The notes: generated by a model not told the origin, from the letters alone. A DNA stretch of 64,000 nt from Deferribacterales bacterium (GCA_050253075.1 JBFWJS010000001.1:416001-480000); one strand, 5' to 3'; shown: positions 50,907-61,259, numbered from the stretch's first letter. Program-made: numbers and translations.

Positions 50907-51509
50907 ATGGCACTTGGCAAAATTGAAAAAGTAATCGGGAACGCAGTTCCTATCCCCGGTGACGATATAGATACAGACAGGATCATTCCTGCACGTTTCC
51001 TTAAATGCGTGACATTCGACGCCCTCGGCGGACAGCTCTTTTACGATGTGCGCTATGACGAGAAGGGAAATTCTCTGAACTTTCCTATCGATCAGGCACA
51101 GTACAAAGGCGCTAACATCATCGTCAGCGGTAACAACTTCGGATGCGGTTCATCCCGTGAGCACGCTCCGCAGTCTATCAAAAAAGCAGGTTTCGACGCT
51201 ATCATAGCAGGAAGCTATGCAGAGATATTCTTCGGCAACTGTACGACTCTCGGCATCGTATGTGCGGAAGCATCAGACGAGACAAGAACCGCTCTCATGG
51301 CAGAGATAGCTGCTAATCCTTCTGAAAAGATGGAGATAGATGTTGCTGCCAGCGTTGTGAAATTCAACGGAAAAGATTACGCAGTAAGCCTTAAGCCGAA
51401 CGCTCAGAAAGCATTCCTCGAGGGGAGCTATGATTCCCTCGCAGAGCTGCTGAACGGTCTGGACGAAGTGAAAAAGCTCGAAGCGGCACTTCCTTACTCG
51501 TTTAAATAA
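50907..51509 (+). CDS. leuD: 3-isopropylmalate dehydratase small subunit
   Basis: DIDTDRIIPARFL and NFGCGSSREHA motifs. Confidence 0.97.
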   Translation: MALGKIEKVIGNAVPIPGDDIDTDRIIPARFLKCVTFDALGGQLFYDVRYDEKGNSLNFPIDQAQYKGANIIVSGNNFGCGSSREHAPQSIKKAGFDAIIAGSYAEIFFGNCTTLGIVCAEASDETRTALMAEIAANPSEKMEIDVAASVVKFNGKDYAVSLKPNAQKAFLEGSYDSLAELLNGLDEVKKLEAALPYSFK

Positions 51510-51520
51510 CCGATCTTAAC

Positions 51521-51600
51521 GTCATTCTGAGCGGAAGCGAAGAATCTGATATCTCTGATTTATCAAGTGGTTTCAGATCCTTCGCCATGCTCAGGATGAC
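51521..51600. repeat. CGTC-type REP-like palindromic dimer (copy 5)
   Basis: GTCATTCTGAGCGGAAGCGAAGAATCTG...CAGATCCTTCGCCATGCTCAGGATGAC. Confidence 0.88.
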
Positions 51601-51794
51601 TTTTGAAATACTGCTGTGAGGCTTGTGAAACAAGCCGATATGAGGGGTGGTTCAGGGTGTGATTCACAGTCTTGTGTATCGCTTCAATGTGCCAACCTTG
51701 TATATTCCTACCTTTTTAGTATAGAATACTGAAATAATGCTATAGAAATCGTCTATAATGCCTCTATAATCTATTGTTCTTTCTGATAAACTTC

Positions 51795-51823
51795 TTGAAA
51801 TAACGACAAATAATATATAGGAT
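51795..51823 (+). promoter_or_regulatory. Putative sigma70 promoter of glyS-ppdK
   Basis: TTGAAA-17 nt-TAGGAT upstream of glyS. Confidence 0.5.
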
Positions 51824-51854
51824 GTACGGGTAAAATTATATATATGAGGTCATC

Positions 51855-53918
51855 ATGCCGGATTTTCTATTAGAAATAGGAAGCGAGGAGATACCCGCCG
51901 GATTTATCACCGGTGCGTGTGAGTATCTTAAAAACGAGTTCAATAAAAGACTTACCGATGCAGGTATAGGTTTTGAAAATATAGAATCAGACGGGACGCC
52001 GAGAAGGCTCTACGTTTATATAAAAGGTCTGGAAGAGCAGCAGAAAGACAAGGAAGAGACAATTGTCGGACCTCCGGCAAATATCGCCTTTGATGCTGAC
52101 GGCGGACTGACCAAAGCAGGCGCAGGATTTGTTAAGTCCAAAGGGCTCGACGAATCCACCCTTACAAAGGTTGAAACTGATAAGGGTGTTTACCTTTCAG
52201 GTGTGAAAAAGACGAAAGGTGTGCCTACACGTGATTTCATCGAGGGTATCCTTGTGGATATCATCAACAGCATCCCATTCCGCAAGTCTATGCGCTGGGG
52301 GGATAGATCCTTCCGCTTCGCAAGACCTGTGCATTGGTTCCTCTCCCTCTTCGGCGGAGACGTCATAAGCTTTGAGATAGACGGCATCAAGAGCGGAAAC
52401 AAGACAATGGGACACCGCATCCACGCAAACGAATACTTCGAGGTCAAAGACTTCGCAGATTATAAATCTAAGCTGAAGGCAGCCAGAGTAGCGACTACAA
52501 AGGCTGACCGTATCCAGCAGACACGTGAGCAGATAGCACAGATAGAGAAAGACACAGGCTATAAGGTCGACGTGGACGAGGATCTCCTCGACACTGTTGC
52601 GGGTCTTGTGGAATACCCTGTTGCTCTCATGGGCGAATTCGAGGAAAAATACCTCGACATCCCTGCTGAGGTGCTCATCACTTCCATGAAGTATCACCAG
52701 AAATACTTTTATGTAACCGACAAAGACGGAAATCTTGTTAATAAATTCATCGGTGTGTCCAACACCGAGCCGAACGACCCCGAGCTTGTGAAAACAGGCT
52801 ACGCCAGAGTTCTCCGTGCGAGACTGGCGGATGCGGCATTCTTCTGGCAGAATGACCAGAAATACCCTCTGGAAAAGAGAGTGGAAGAGCTGAAAAAGGT
52901 CGTTTATCAGGAAAAGATCGGTACTTCATACGAGAAGATGGAGCGTTTCCGCAAGCTCGCCGTATTTTTCGCTGAAAACCTTAACCCCGCTGTTAAGGCT
53001 GATACAGAAAGAGCTGCGACACTCTGCAAGGCTGACCTGCTGAGCGAGATGGTCTACGAATTCCCTGAACTGCAGGGTATCATGGGACGCAGATACGCAA
53101 AACTTCAGGGCGAGAACGACACAGTGGCTCAGGCTATCGAAGAGCACTATATGCCTAGATTCGCAGGGGACGACCTCCCGTCAGGCGATACAGGCTCTTT
53201 CGTCTCCATGGCGGACAAGCTCGACACTATATGCGGATGCTTCGCCATCAATCTCATCCCTACGGGAAGCCAGGATCCATACGCCCTCAGAAGAGGCGCT
53301 ATCGGTATACTCTCCATCATAAAGGAGAAGGGCTACCGCATCGGGCTGAATAAAATCATAGGCGAGAGCCTCTCAAACCTTGAAAACTATATTAAATTCG
53401 ATAAAGAGAAAACAGCCGGGCTGGTTTATGAATTCATCATCCAGCGTTTCCGCCAGATACTTTCAGACGAGGGGATCCCTGCTGACTGTGTAGATGCTGC
53501 ATGCGACATATCCGACGATATCATCGCAATAGAGAAGCTGGCGAAAGCTCTCGGCGAATACAAGCAGACACCTGAGTTTGCCAGTATCGCTGCGGGATAT
53601 AAACGTATCAACAACATACTCAAAAAGAGCGGACACACATCCGACGTGTACGACAATGCTCTCTTTGAGACAGATTACGAGAGGGAACTGGCAACCCTTA
53701 TCGCAGATAAGGCGGACCAGATAAATAGAGAGGTGAGTGAAGAGAACTTCACAGTGGCGATGACCCAGCTGCTTACTTTCAGCGGGCCTGTGGATAACTT
53801 CTTTGAGAATGTCATGGTTATGGCAGAGGACGAGAAGGTCAAGCTCAACAGGCTTAGTTTGCTTAATAAGCTGAAAGGAGTGTTCAACATGCTGGGAGAC
53901 CTGACAAAAATAATTTAA
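51855..53918 (+). CDS. glyS: Glycine-tRNA ligase beta subunit
   Basis: FLLEIGSEEIP, TPRRL, KSMRWG, EFPELQG, TGSQDPYALRR and FFENVMVM motifs. Confidence 0.97.
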   Translation: MPDFLLEIGSEEIPAGFITGACEYLKNEFNKRLTDAGIGFENIESDGTPRRLYVYIKGLEEQQKDKEETIVGPPANIAFDADGGLTKAGAGFVKSKGLDESTLTKVETDKGVYLSGVKKTKGVPTRDFIEGILVDIINSIPFRKSMRWGDRSFRFARPVHWFLSLFGGDVISFEIDGIKSGNKTMGHRIHANEYFEVKDFADYKSKLKAARVATTKADRIQQTREQIAQIEKDTGYKVDVDEDLLDTVAGLVEYPVALMGEFEEKYLDIPAEVLITSMKYHQKYFYVTDKDGNLVNKFIGVSNTEPNDPELVKTGYARVLRARLADAAFFWQNDQKYPLEKRVEELKKVVYQEKIGTSYEKMERFRKLAVFFAENLNPAVKADTERAATLCKADLLSEMVYEFPELQGIMGRRYAKLQGENDTVAQAIEEHYMPRFAGDDLPSGDTGSFVSMADKLDTICGCFAINLIPTGSQDPYALRRGAIGILSIIKEKGYRIGLNKIIGESLSNLENYIKFDKEKTAGLVYEFIIQRFRQILSDEGIPADCVDAACDISDDIIAIEKLAKALGEYKQTPEFASIAAGYKRINNILKKSGHTSDVYDNALFETDYERELATLIADKADQINREVSEENFTVAMTQLLTFSGPVDNFFENVMVMAEDEKVKLNRLSLLNKLKGVFNMLGDLTKII

Positions 53919-53934
53919 CTTGGGGGTTATCCTT

Positions 53935-56562
53935 ATGGGCGCCAAATGGGTGTATTTCTTTGGAAAAGACCGCACGGAAGGTGACGGTAAAGACAAAAAT
54001 CTTCTCGGTGGTAAAGGTGCAGGCCTTGCTGAGATGACAAGTATCGGCATTCCTGTTCCGCCGGGCTTCACTATCACTACAGAGGCTTGTATCGAGTACT
54101 ATAACAACGGGAAAAAGTATCCCGCAGGACTCTGGGATCAGGCTAAAGCCGCACTCGCTACTCTGGAAGAAGCAATGGGCAAAAAATTCGGAGATGTGGA
54201 GAATCCTCTCCTCGTATCCGTACGCTCAGGTGCGAGAGTTTCCATGCCGGGTATGATGGACACTGTTCTCAACCTCGGTCTCACAGACGAAAGTGTTAAA
54301 GGACTTGCTAAATCTTCAGGCAATGAAAGATTTGCATACGACAGCTACAGAAGATTCATACAGATGTTCTCCGATGTTGTTCTCGAAATACAGCATCATA
54401 AATTTGAGCACATTCTCTCTGACATGAAAAAGGCGAGAGGCGTTGAGGAAGATACACTCCTTTCCGCTGAAGATATGAAAGAACTCGTTATGAAGTTCAA
54501 AGACCTTGTTTCCAAAGAACTCGGTTCACCCTTTCCGCAGGATCCTATGCTCCAGCTTGAGTATGCGGTTAATGCGGTTTTCGACTCATGGAATAATCAG
54601 AGAGCTAAAACATATAGAAAGATCAATAAGATGTCCGACGACTGGGGTACTGCCGTAAACGTACAGTCAATGGTTTTCGGTAACATGGGCGACGACTGCG
54701 GTACAGGCGTTGCATTCACAAGAGACCCTTCCACAGGCGAGAAAGTCTTCTTCGGCGAATACCTTGTAAACGCTCAGGGTGAGGACGTTGTTGCCGGTAT
54801 CAGAACTCCCGAGCCGATAGCGAAACTCGCAGAGCAGATGCCTGAGAGCTTCAAACAGCTTGAGGAAGTTTATAAGACACTTGAGAACCATTACAAAGAT
54901 GTTCAGGACATCGAGTTCACAATAGAGAGAGGTACACTCTACATGCTTCAGACCAGAAGCGGTAAGCGTACTGCGAAAGCTGCCGTTAAGATAGCTTTCG
55001 ACATGGTTGAGGAAGGACTGATCGACAAGAAGACTGCTGTTCTTCGTGTTGAGCCTGATCAGATCGACCAGCTTCTCCACCCGATGATCGACACATCCAT
55101 CAAATACGACATCCTCGCAAAAGGTCTCCCTGCATCTCCGGGTGCTGCGGTTGGTAAGGTCGTATTTTCTGCAGAGGATGCAGAGGCTGCCGCCGAAAAA
55201 GGCGAAGCAGTCATCCTTGTCAGAGCCGAGACATCCCCTGAGGACATCGGCGGTATGCACGCTGCAAAGGGTATCCTCACTGCCACAGGCGGTATGACAT
55301 CCCATGCGGCTGTTGTTGCCCGTGGTATGGGTAAGTGCTGTGTCGCAGGATGCGGTGCCGTAAAGATCGATGAAAAAGCTAAAACATTCAAAGTGGGTTC
55401 CACGACTATCAGCGAAGGTGACATCATAACCATCAATGGATCCACGGGTGAAGTGATAAACGGAGCTGCGAAGCTCATCGAGCCTGAGCTTTCAGGCGAA
55501 TTTGCTACTATTCTTGACTGGGCCGACGAGTTCCGCACAATGGGCGTACGCACAAATGCAGATACTCCTGCGGACTCTAAGACAGCTAGAGATTTCGGTG
55601 CCGAAGGTATCGGACTCTGCCGTACAGAACACATGTTCTTCGACGGTGACCGTATCGATGCAGTGCGCGAGATGATCCTCTCCGAAAACGAAGACGGACG
55701 CAGAAGAGCACTGACAAAGATCAAGCCTTACCAGAAAGAGGATTTCCTCGGTCTGTTCGAGGCTATGGAAGGTCTTCCTGTTACTATCCGTCTGCTCGAC
55801 CCGCCTCTTCACGAGTTCATTCCTCATACCGACGATGAAGTTGAGCGTGTGGCAAAGGCTTCTGGTCTGCCTATGGCACAGCTGAAAGCTAAAGCTGTTG
55901 AGCTCCATGAGTTTAACCCTATGCTCGGACACAGAGGATGCCGTCTCGGTATCACATATCCTGAGGTCTACGAGATGCAGGTTTACGCTATCATGGAAGC
56001 TGCGTGTGAGCTTAAAAAAGCAGGTAAAGACATTCAGCCTGAGATCATGATTCCTCTCGTAGGACACGTGAAAGAGCTTCAGGAGCTCGAAGAGATGACA
56101 CGCAAGGTTTGCGATGAAGTTATCGCTTCATACGATGTCGAGATAGACTACCTTGTGGGTACAATGATAGAGCTTCCGAGAGCAGCCCTCACGGCAGACG
56201 AGATAGCTGAAGTGGCTGAGTTCTTCTCATTTGGAACAAACGACCTTACACAGACTTGTCTCGGTCTTTCCCGTGACGACTCCGGTAAGTTTCTCCCTCT
56301 CTATGTAGACAAGGGAATATACAAAGAAGACCCATTCGTTTCCATAGATGTTTCCGGTGTGGGACAGCTTGTGGAGATGGGTGTTCAGAAGGGACGTTCT
56401 AAACGTGCCGGTCTTAAGACAGGTATATGCGGAGAGCACGGCGGTGACCCTGCATCTATTTACTTCTGTCAGAAAGCAGGACTGAACTATGTGAGCTGCT
56501 CACCGTTCAGAGTACCTGTTGCCCGTCTTGCCGCAGCACACGCTGCCATCAAGGGCGTATAG
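53935..56562 (+). CDS. ppdK: Pyruvate, phosphate dikinase
   Basis: LLGGKG, VSVRSGA, GGMTSHAAVVAR, GIGLCRTEHM, SFGTNDL and GICGEHGG motifs. Confidence 0.98.
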   Translation: MGAKWVYFFGKDRTEGDGKDKNLLGGKGAGLAEMTSIGIPVPPGFTITTEACIEYYNNGKKYPAGLWDQAKAALATLEEAMGKKFGDVENPLLVSVRSGARVSMPGMMDTVLNLGLTDESVKGLAKSSGNERFAYDSYRRFIQMFSDVVLEIQHHKFEHILSDMKKARGVEEDTLLSAEDMKELVMKFKDLVSKELGSPFPQDPMLQLEYAVNAVFDSWNNQRAKTYRKINKMSDDWGTAVNVQSMVFGNMGDDCGTGVAFTRDPSTGEKVFFGEYLVNAQGEDVVAGIRTPEPIAKLAEQMPESFKQLEEVYKTLENHYKDVQDIEFTIERGTLYMLQTRSGKRTAKAAVKIAFDMVEEGLIDKKTAVLRVEPDQIDQLLHPMIDTSIKYDILAKGLPASPGAAVGKVVFSAEDAEAAAEKGEAVILVRAETSPEDIGGMHAAKGILTATGGMTSHAAVVARGMGKCCVAGCGAVKIDEKAKTFKVGSTTISEGDIITINGSTGEVINGAAKLIEPELSGEFATILDWADEFRTMGVRTNADTPADSKTARDFGAEGIGLCRTEHMFFDGDRIDAVREMILSENEDGRRRALTKIKPYQKEDFLGLFEAMEGLPVTIRLLDPPLHEFIPHTDDEVERVAKASGLPMAQLKAKAVELHEFNPMLGHRGCRLGITYPEVYEMQVYAIMEAACELKKAGKDIQPEIMIPLVGHVKELQELEEMTRKVCDEVIASYDVEIDYLVGTMIELPRAALTADEIAEVAEFFSFGTNDLTQTCLGLSRDDSGKFLPLYVDKGIYKEDPFVSIDVSGVGQLVEMGVQKGRSKRAGLKTGICGEHGGDPASIYFCQKAGLNYVSCSPFRVPVARLAAAHAAIKGV

Positions 56563-56576
56563 ATAAAAACTTAAAC

Positions 56577-56610
56577 GGGCGTGTCTTCGGGCACGCCCTA
56601 TTCTTCTCTT
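56577..56610 (+). terminator. Hairpin/terminator after ppdK
   Basis: GGGCGTGTC-TTCG-GGCACGCCC followed by a T-rich tract. Confidence 0.75.
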
Positions 56611-56632
56611 CAATGAGTTCGGGGTGTGGTAA

Positions 56633-58078
56633 ATGGGCTCAGTATCTGAAGATCTGTATCAGCTGGTAGAGGAAACTCTCGGCTGTGAGCTTATTGGTAT
56701 GAAGGTCATGCAAGGTGACCGCATCATTGCCGATATGGGCATACAGGACACCTCTGCTCATTTTCTAGAAATCCCGGGAAGCTGCTTCAGCGCCAACCTT
56801 TATCTAAAAAAAACTATTATTCCTAACGAAAAAGAGTTAAATCATATAAGGAAGATATTTAATATATATTCCGGCGCCCATGCGGGAAGTACGGGAAATA
56901 TATTTTCCGGTGCAGAGATACTGGAGACCATCACCAGCAAAAAGACCATAGACGCCGTTATGAGCCAGCTGGTGGACGTTCTGGTGAACAGGGGCGGGTT
57001 CTGCTGTGCGGGGATAATGTTCCTTAACGAGGCTCTGCTGGAGCTCAGGGGCGTTATTTATGCATCAGCGGGGAATACCGACAGGAACGGGTTTAAAAAT
57101 GTTAAGCTCACCTTCCCCACAAAGAATCAGCTCTCGGACATCATGTTCTATGACCGGACTGAGGTCGTGGATATAGAAAAGAGCGACGAGCTGGGTATCC
57201 TTGCGGATTATTTCTGTGACGACGTACTCGTCACCGGGCTGGGTATAGGCGACAGACCCATCGGCATACTGCTGGCGTGTAAAGACAGCTATTCGGATGC
57301 GGATAAGGAGTCTCTGCTGCTGTATGGTAATATATGCTCGCTCTCCATCGAGTTTTCACGCACGATGAAGCAGCTGGAGCTGACAATGGCAGACCTGGGT
57401 AATCTGAGGAAATCGACGATGAACGCCGAAAACCTCGTTAAGATGGGCAGGCTGTCGGCGACTGTGGCGCACGAGCTGAAGAATCCGCTGGTTGCCATCG
57501 GCGGCTTTACAAAGCGGATGGAGCAGACAGCGGTGAACCCGCAGACGAAGAACTATATAAAGATAGTGCAGTCTGAGGTGCACAGGCTTGAGAGGATTGT
57601 TGGGGACATCCTCGTTTATTCCAGAAAAGTTGATCTGGATATCAAGAAGGTGAACCTGAGACAGATACTGGATGAAGTGATGGAGGTTGTCAAAGGCTGC
57701 CTCTGCTTCAGTATGATACATGTCACGATGAAAGTTCCGAGCGATATGGAAGTTTCGGCTGACAGAGATAAGCTGAAACAGGTTATTATGAACCTTGTGT
57801 CCAACAGTGTACAGGAGATGGCGGAAGGGGGAGACCTTCGGATAGAATCATCCGAAAGTGAGCGACACGTCACAATCTCCGTTTCAGACACAGGGGGAGG
57901 AATACCCGAAGATAAACGTGAAAAAATATTCGAACCGTTCTATACTCTTAAAAAGAGTGGTACAGGGCTCGGTCTTCCGCTATGTAAGAAGATTATGACG
58001 GCACACGGCGGGGACATTGTCGTGGGCGACTGTGCTGACGGTGCTGTTTTCACATTGATTTTGCCAAAAAGAGGATAA
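56633..58078 (+). CDS. Cytoplasmic sensor histidine kinase (GAF-like input)
   Basis: VAHELKNPL, NSVQ, DTGGG and GTGLGL motifs. No TM segments. Confidence 0.9.
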   Translation: MGSVSEDLYQLVEETLGCELIGMKVMQGDRIIADMGIQDTSAHFLEIPGSCFSANLYLKKTIIPNEKELNHIRKIFNIYSGAHAGSTGNIFSGAEILETITSKKTIDAVMSQLVDVLVNRGGFCCAGIMFLNEALLELRGVIYASAGNTDRNGFKNVKLTFPTKNQLSDIMFYDRTEVVDIEKSDELGILADYFCDDVLVTGLGIGDRPIGILLACKDSYSDADKESLLLYGNICSLSIEFSRTMKQLELTMADLGNLRKSTMNAENLVKMGRLSATVAHELKNPLVAIGGFTKRMEQTAVNPQTKNYIKIVQSEVHRLERIVGDILVYSRKVDLDIKKVNLRQILDEVMEVVKGCLCFSMIHVTMKVPSDMEVSADRDKLKQVIMNLVSNSVQEMAEGGDLRIESSESERHVTISVSDTGGGIPEDKREKIFEPFYTLKKSGTGLGLPLCKKIMTAHGGDIVVGDCADGAVFTLILPKRG

Positions 58079-58079
58079 C

Positions 58080-58436
58080 ATGAAGAAAATTCTTATTGTT
58101 GATGACGAGGAGCACATCAGGGCGCATTATACCGATCTTCTCAGCGAGAAAGGTTTCGATGTAAGCTCTGCCGTGGACGGCACCAGCGGGATCAAAGCAT
58201 ATAAGGAAGGTCAGTTCGACCTTGTGCTGCTTGATGTGAATATGCCGGACAAATCAGGTCTTGAAGTTCTGAAAGAGATCAAATCCATGAAGGACTCTCA
58301 GGTGGTCTTTCTGCTTACTGCTTTTGACGAGTATAAGAGAAACTTTGCATCTCTGTATGCAGAGGAATACTTTACAAAGGATAAGAAGATAGACATTCTG
58401 CTCCGCAGGATAGCCGAGCATCTCGAGGACGACTAA
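58080..58436 (+). CDS. Single-domain response regulator
   Basis: ILIVDDE, LLDVNMP and LTA motifs. Confidence 0.9.
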   Translation: MKKILIVDDEEHIRAHYTDLLSEKGFDVSSAVDGTSGIKAYKEGQFDLVLLDVNMPDKSGLEVLKEIKSMKDSQVVFLLTAFDEYKRNFASLYAEEYFTKDKKIDILLRRIAEHLEDD

Positions 58437-58444
58437 AGCAGCCG

Positions 58445-58717
58445 TTACTGCTTTTTTAATTTATTATTGATCTTATAGATTTCTGCCAAAAGATAAGCGA
58501 CGACCCTGTATAGTTCTTCGGGGATCTCATCATACAGATCAAGGGTGGATAGAGCCTCGACAAGGTCACGGTCCTCTGTGATGTGGACATCATGCTCCTT
58601 TGCCTTTTCTATGATCTTTTCCGCTATAATACCCTGCCCTTTTGCGACCAGTTTAGGTACTTTATCGACCTCTTTGTCATAGCGGATGGCTGCTGCCTTT
58701 TTTCTGGTAAATTTCAA
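58445..58717 (-). CDS. FlhB C-terminal-like protein (FlhX/YlqH family)
   Basis: KAAAIRY, PKLVAKG and EIPEELYRVVA. No NPTH motif. TTG 58717 is the likely start. Confidence 0.88.
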   Translation of the reverse strand: MKFTRKKAAAIRYDKEVDKVPKLVAKGQGIIAEKIIEKAKEHDVHITEDRDLVEALSTLDLYDEIPEELYRVVAYLLAEIYKINNKLKKQ

Positions 58718-58727
58718 CGGACGCCCC

Positions 58728-60020
58728 TCAGCAGAGTTCCAGCACCTCAAAGCTCTTTATGTAAGCCTGCTTAATATATTCTATCGTCTCAGGTGCCAGA
58801 TGTCTGAAGGACAAAGCGCCCCCTGAGTGCATAGTAAATACATTATTGATCAGCATAGCTATCTTGAAACTCTCCTCTGTCTTTTTATCAGAGGTGGTCA
58901 TCATGGTGTGCGGAGTTATTTCTGCGGGTTTTTCCGTGAGGAAATGCAGGTTAAAGTATGAACCGTAGCCTGTGGCAACGGCAGGTGTCTTCAGCTTTGC
59001 AGCTTCGGCACTAAGGAAAGCCCTGACGCCGTCCCCTGCTTTGTTCAGGCTTTCATAGTCTGCTGTTTTAAGAGCTTTCAGCGTCTCTATGCCGATGGCC
59101 ATAGACAGTGGATTTGCGGAGTATGTTCCCCCGCCGGTGAAGAGCTTTTGTGTGGTGATGGTGTTCATCACGTCTTCGCGTCCGCCGTATATGCCTATGT
59201 GCATACCGCCCGCTGTCGCCTTGCCGAAGGTGAACATGTCGGGGCGAACATCGCTGAGCAGAGGATATATCGAGCCGTATCTGAAACGGAAGCCTGTGAT
59301 GACCTCGTCGAAGATGAGCAGCGTGCCCGTCTCGTCACAGTATTTACGGAGGGCTTTCAGGTAGTTCGCATTTGCGGGGATACCGCCGCCCGCTCCGAGC
59401 ATCGGCTCTATTATAATGGCTGCTGTTTCGCCTTTATATTCGTCTAATATCTCAAGTGTCTTTTCGGGATTGTTGTAAGGGACGGAGATTGTCTTGTGCC
59501 CTTCGGGTGCATTCTTACGCTTTACGAATGGAGGCACGACGCCGTTGGAGAGAACAGAGTTTCCTCCGTGCCATCCGCCCTCGGCTTTGACTATAACGTC
59601 CTTACCTGTGAATGCACGTGCCACACGGGTCACATACATCGTTGCCTCTGTGCCTGATGTGCATAGGCGCATCTTTTCCAGCTCGGGCACTGCCGTCTGG
59701 ATGATCTCTGCGAATTCGAGCTGCATGGTGTTCAGCGTTCCGTGGTGTATCCCTGCCTGCAGTCCTCTTTCGGCACCTTTCAGCTGTGCGGGGCTGCCGT
59801 GTCCTAGAAGGAGCGCATAATGCCCCATCCACAGATCCAGTATCTTATTACCGTCGGTGTCATACATATAGATGTCTTCACAACGTTCGGTGACGACAGG
59901 GAAAGGGGGATAGCTGCGTATGTCGTGGCATACGCCGTTGGGGAAGAAGTTCTTTGCTTTGTCAAAAAGGTTTTTAGAGGAGAAATACTTCTCTTCATAA
60001 ACTCTGTAGAGACTACTCAC
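58728..60020 (-). CDS. Class III aminotransferase, glutamate-1-semialdehyde aminomutase-like
   Basis: SGTEATM, IIEP, FDEVITGFR, FGK and GGTYSAN motifs. Confidence 0.85.
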   Translation of the reverse strand: MSSLYRVYEEKYFSSKNLFDKAKNFFPNGVCHDIRSYPPFPVVTERCEDIYMYDTDGNKILDLWMGHYALLLGHGSPAQLKGAERGLQAGIHHGTLNTMQLEFAEIIQTAVPELEKMRLCTSGTEATMYVTRVARAFTGKDVIVKAEGGWHGGNSVLSNGVVPPFVKRKNAPEGHKTISVPYNNPEKTLEILDEYKGETAAIIIEPMLGAGGGIPANANYLKALRKYCDETGTLLIFDEVITGFRFRYGSIYPLLSDVRPDMFTFGKATAGGMHIGIYGGREDVMNTITTQKLFTGGGTYSANPLSMAIGIETLKALKTADYESLNKAGDGVRAFLSAEAAKLKTPAVATGYGSYFNLHFLTEKPAEITPHTMMTTSDKKTEESFKIAMLINNVFTMHSGGALSFRHLAPETIEYIKQAYIKSFEVLELC

Positions 60021-60804
60021 AATTTTTATCCCTCACCATTTTGGAAAGCTGCATTGCGTTTCTCGCCGCATATCCGTTTGCAGAGTTGCAGAAGGATATG
60101 AAGACGTTATCTGAAATAGAGCTGAGCACCTGAGCATCTTTGATGATGCGCTCGAGTTCACGCTCTTTATATTCGTATTCTAGGTTCTTTTTGTCGTGTG
60201 TCTGCCACTTTTTACTGTTTCCGTAGAGGCGGAAGTAGGCATTGCGCTCGAATGCCTGTACGAAATAAGGCGCAAGTCCGCTGGAGTGCGGATATTCACA
60301 GACCACTATGCCCACGCCGAGGTTTTTAAGCTCTTCGATGTATTTCTGCTTATACCAGCCGCGGTTTGCAAGCTCTACAAAGAAAGGCTTGTCTGCGAAT
60401 CTGTCACGCAGTGCTGCTATGTGGTCGAGGTTTGCACGGGAAGGCGCAAAAGCGTAAAAGAAATCTGCGAAGTATGCCTTCACCCTGTCATAAATAGGTG
60501 AAAGACCGTTCTTCATTCTGTTTGCATCGAATATTGATGAAGGATGTTTGAGAAAGCGTTTAGGCAGACGGACGGAAAATGAGAGATCCTCTGCGGAGTT
60601 TTCGGCGATGTTTGCGGTTATCTCTTCTGTGGGGTCGGTATAAAAAGTGAATGTAAGCTCAAGAAATTTCAGCCCCTGATATTTGCTGTAGTGTCCGAGC
60701 ATATTTTCATTGCTTATGCCGTGAGGATAGAAATTTCCTATCCAGTCGTCAAACTTATAGCCCGCAGTCCCTATATAGAAGGGTGTGTCGTCGTACATTA
60801 TCAT
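60013..60804 (-). CDS. DUF72 family protein
   Basis: YIGTAGY..W.G.FYP, ELTFTFY, AYFRLYG and final NA motifs. Confidence 0.85.
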   Translation of the reverse strand: MIMYDDTPFYIGTAGYKFDDWIGNFYPHGISNENMLGHYSKYQGLKFLELTFTFYTDPTEEITANIAENSAEDLSFSVRLPKRFLKHPSSIFDANRMKNGLSPIYDRVKAYFADFFYAFAPSRANLDHIAALRDRFADKPFFVELANRGWYKQKYIEELKNLGVGIVVCEYPHSSGLAPYFVQAFERNAYFRLYGNSKKWQTHDKKNLEYEYKERELERIIKDAQVLSSISDNVFISFCNSANGYAARNAMQLSKMVRDKNCE

Positions 60805-60921
60805 TCTTTCGTATCCTTTCTCCGGTGCTGATTTCACCGTGTTTATCAATATATTAAATTTAATAAGCCGAAAACGCATCTATGGCAAGCGGTAACTTGC
60901 AAAAAAAAAATAAAAATGGTA

Positions 60922-60950
60922 TTGACTTGTTCGAACTCTTTTGATAGATT
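60922..60950 (+). promoter_or_regulatory. Sigma70 promoter of the tRNA cluster with upstream A-tract (UP element-like)
   Basis: TTGACT-17 nt-TAGATT with extended TG, and an A-run at about 60901-60916. Confidence 0.7.
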
Positions 60951-60973
60951 TCGTGATTCGTAAAGCAACCGAT

Positions 60974-61047
<74 letters not shown>

Positions 61048-61061
61048 TTACTTTGGAATAC

Positions 61062-61135
61062 GGTGAATGTAGCTCAGTTGGTAGAGCCCTGGATTGTGGT
61101 TCCAGTTGTCGCGGGTTCAATCCCCGTCATTCACC
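61062..61135 (+). tRNA. tRNA-His(GTG), with encoded G-1
   Basis: GGTGAATG/CATTCACC and anticodon arm CTGGA-TTGTGGT-TCCAG. Confidence 0.97.
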
Positions 61136-61152
61136 TTTTCTTTTTTAGCTTT

Positions 61153-61234
61153 GCGAGTGTGGCGGAATTGGTAGACGCGCTGGACTTAGGATCCAGTGTC
61201 TTACGACGTGGGGGTTCAAGTCCCTTCACTCGCA
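61153..61234 (+). tRNA. tRNA-Leu(TAG)
   Basis: GCGAGTG/CACTCGC, anticodon arm CTGGA-CTTAGGA-TCCAG, and a long variable arm. Confidence 0.97.
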
Positions 61235-61259
61235 TCCAGCCCTTTCAAAAGTTAGTCAA

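Noticed and set aside
60880..60900. TGGCA...TTGC as a possible sigma54 promoter, with a similar case near 51690 on the minus strand
   Set aside because: GG-to-GC spacing is 13 and 9 nt, not the required 10.
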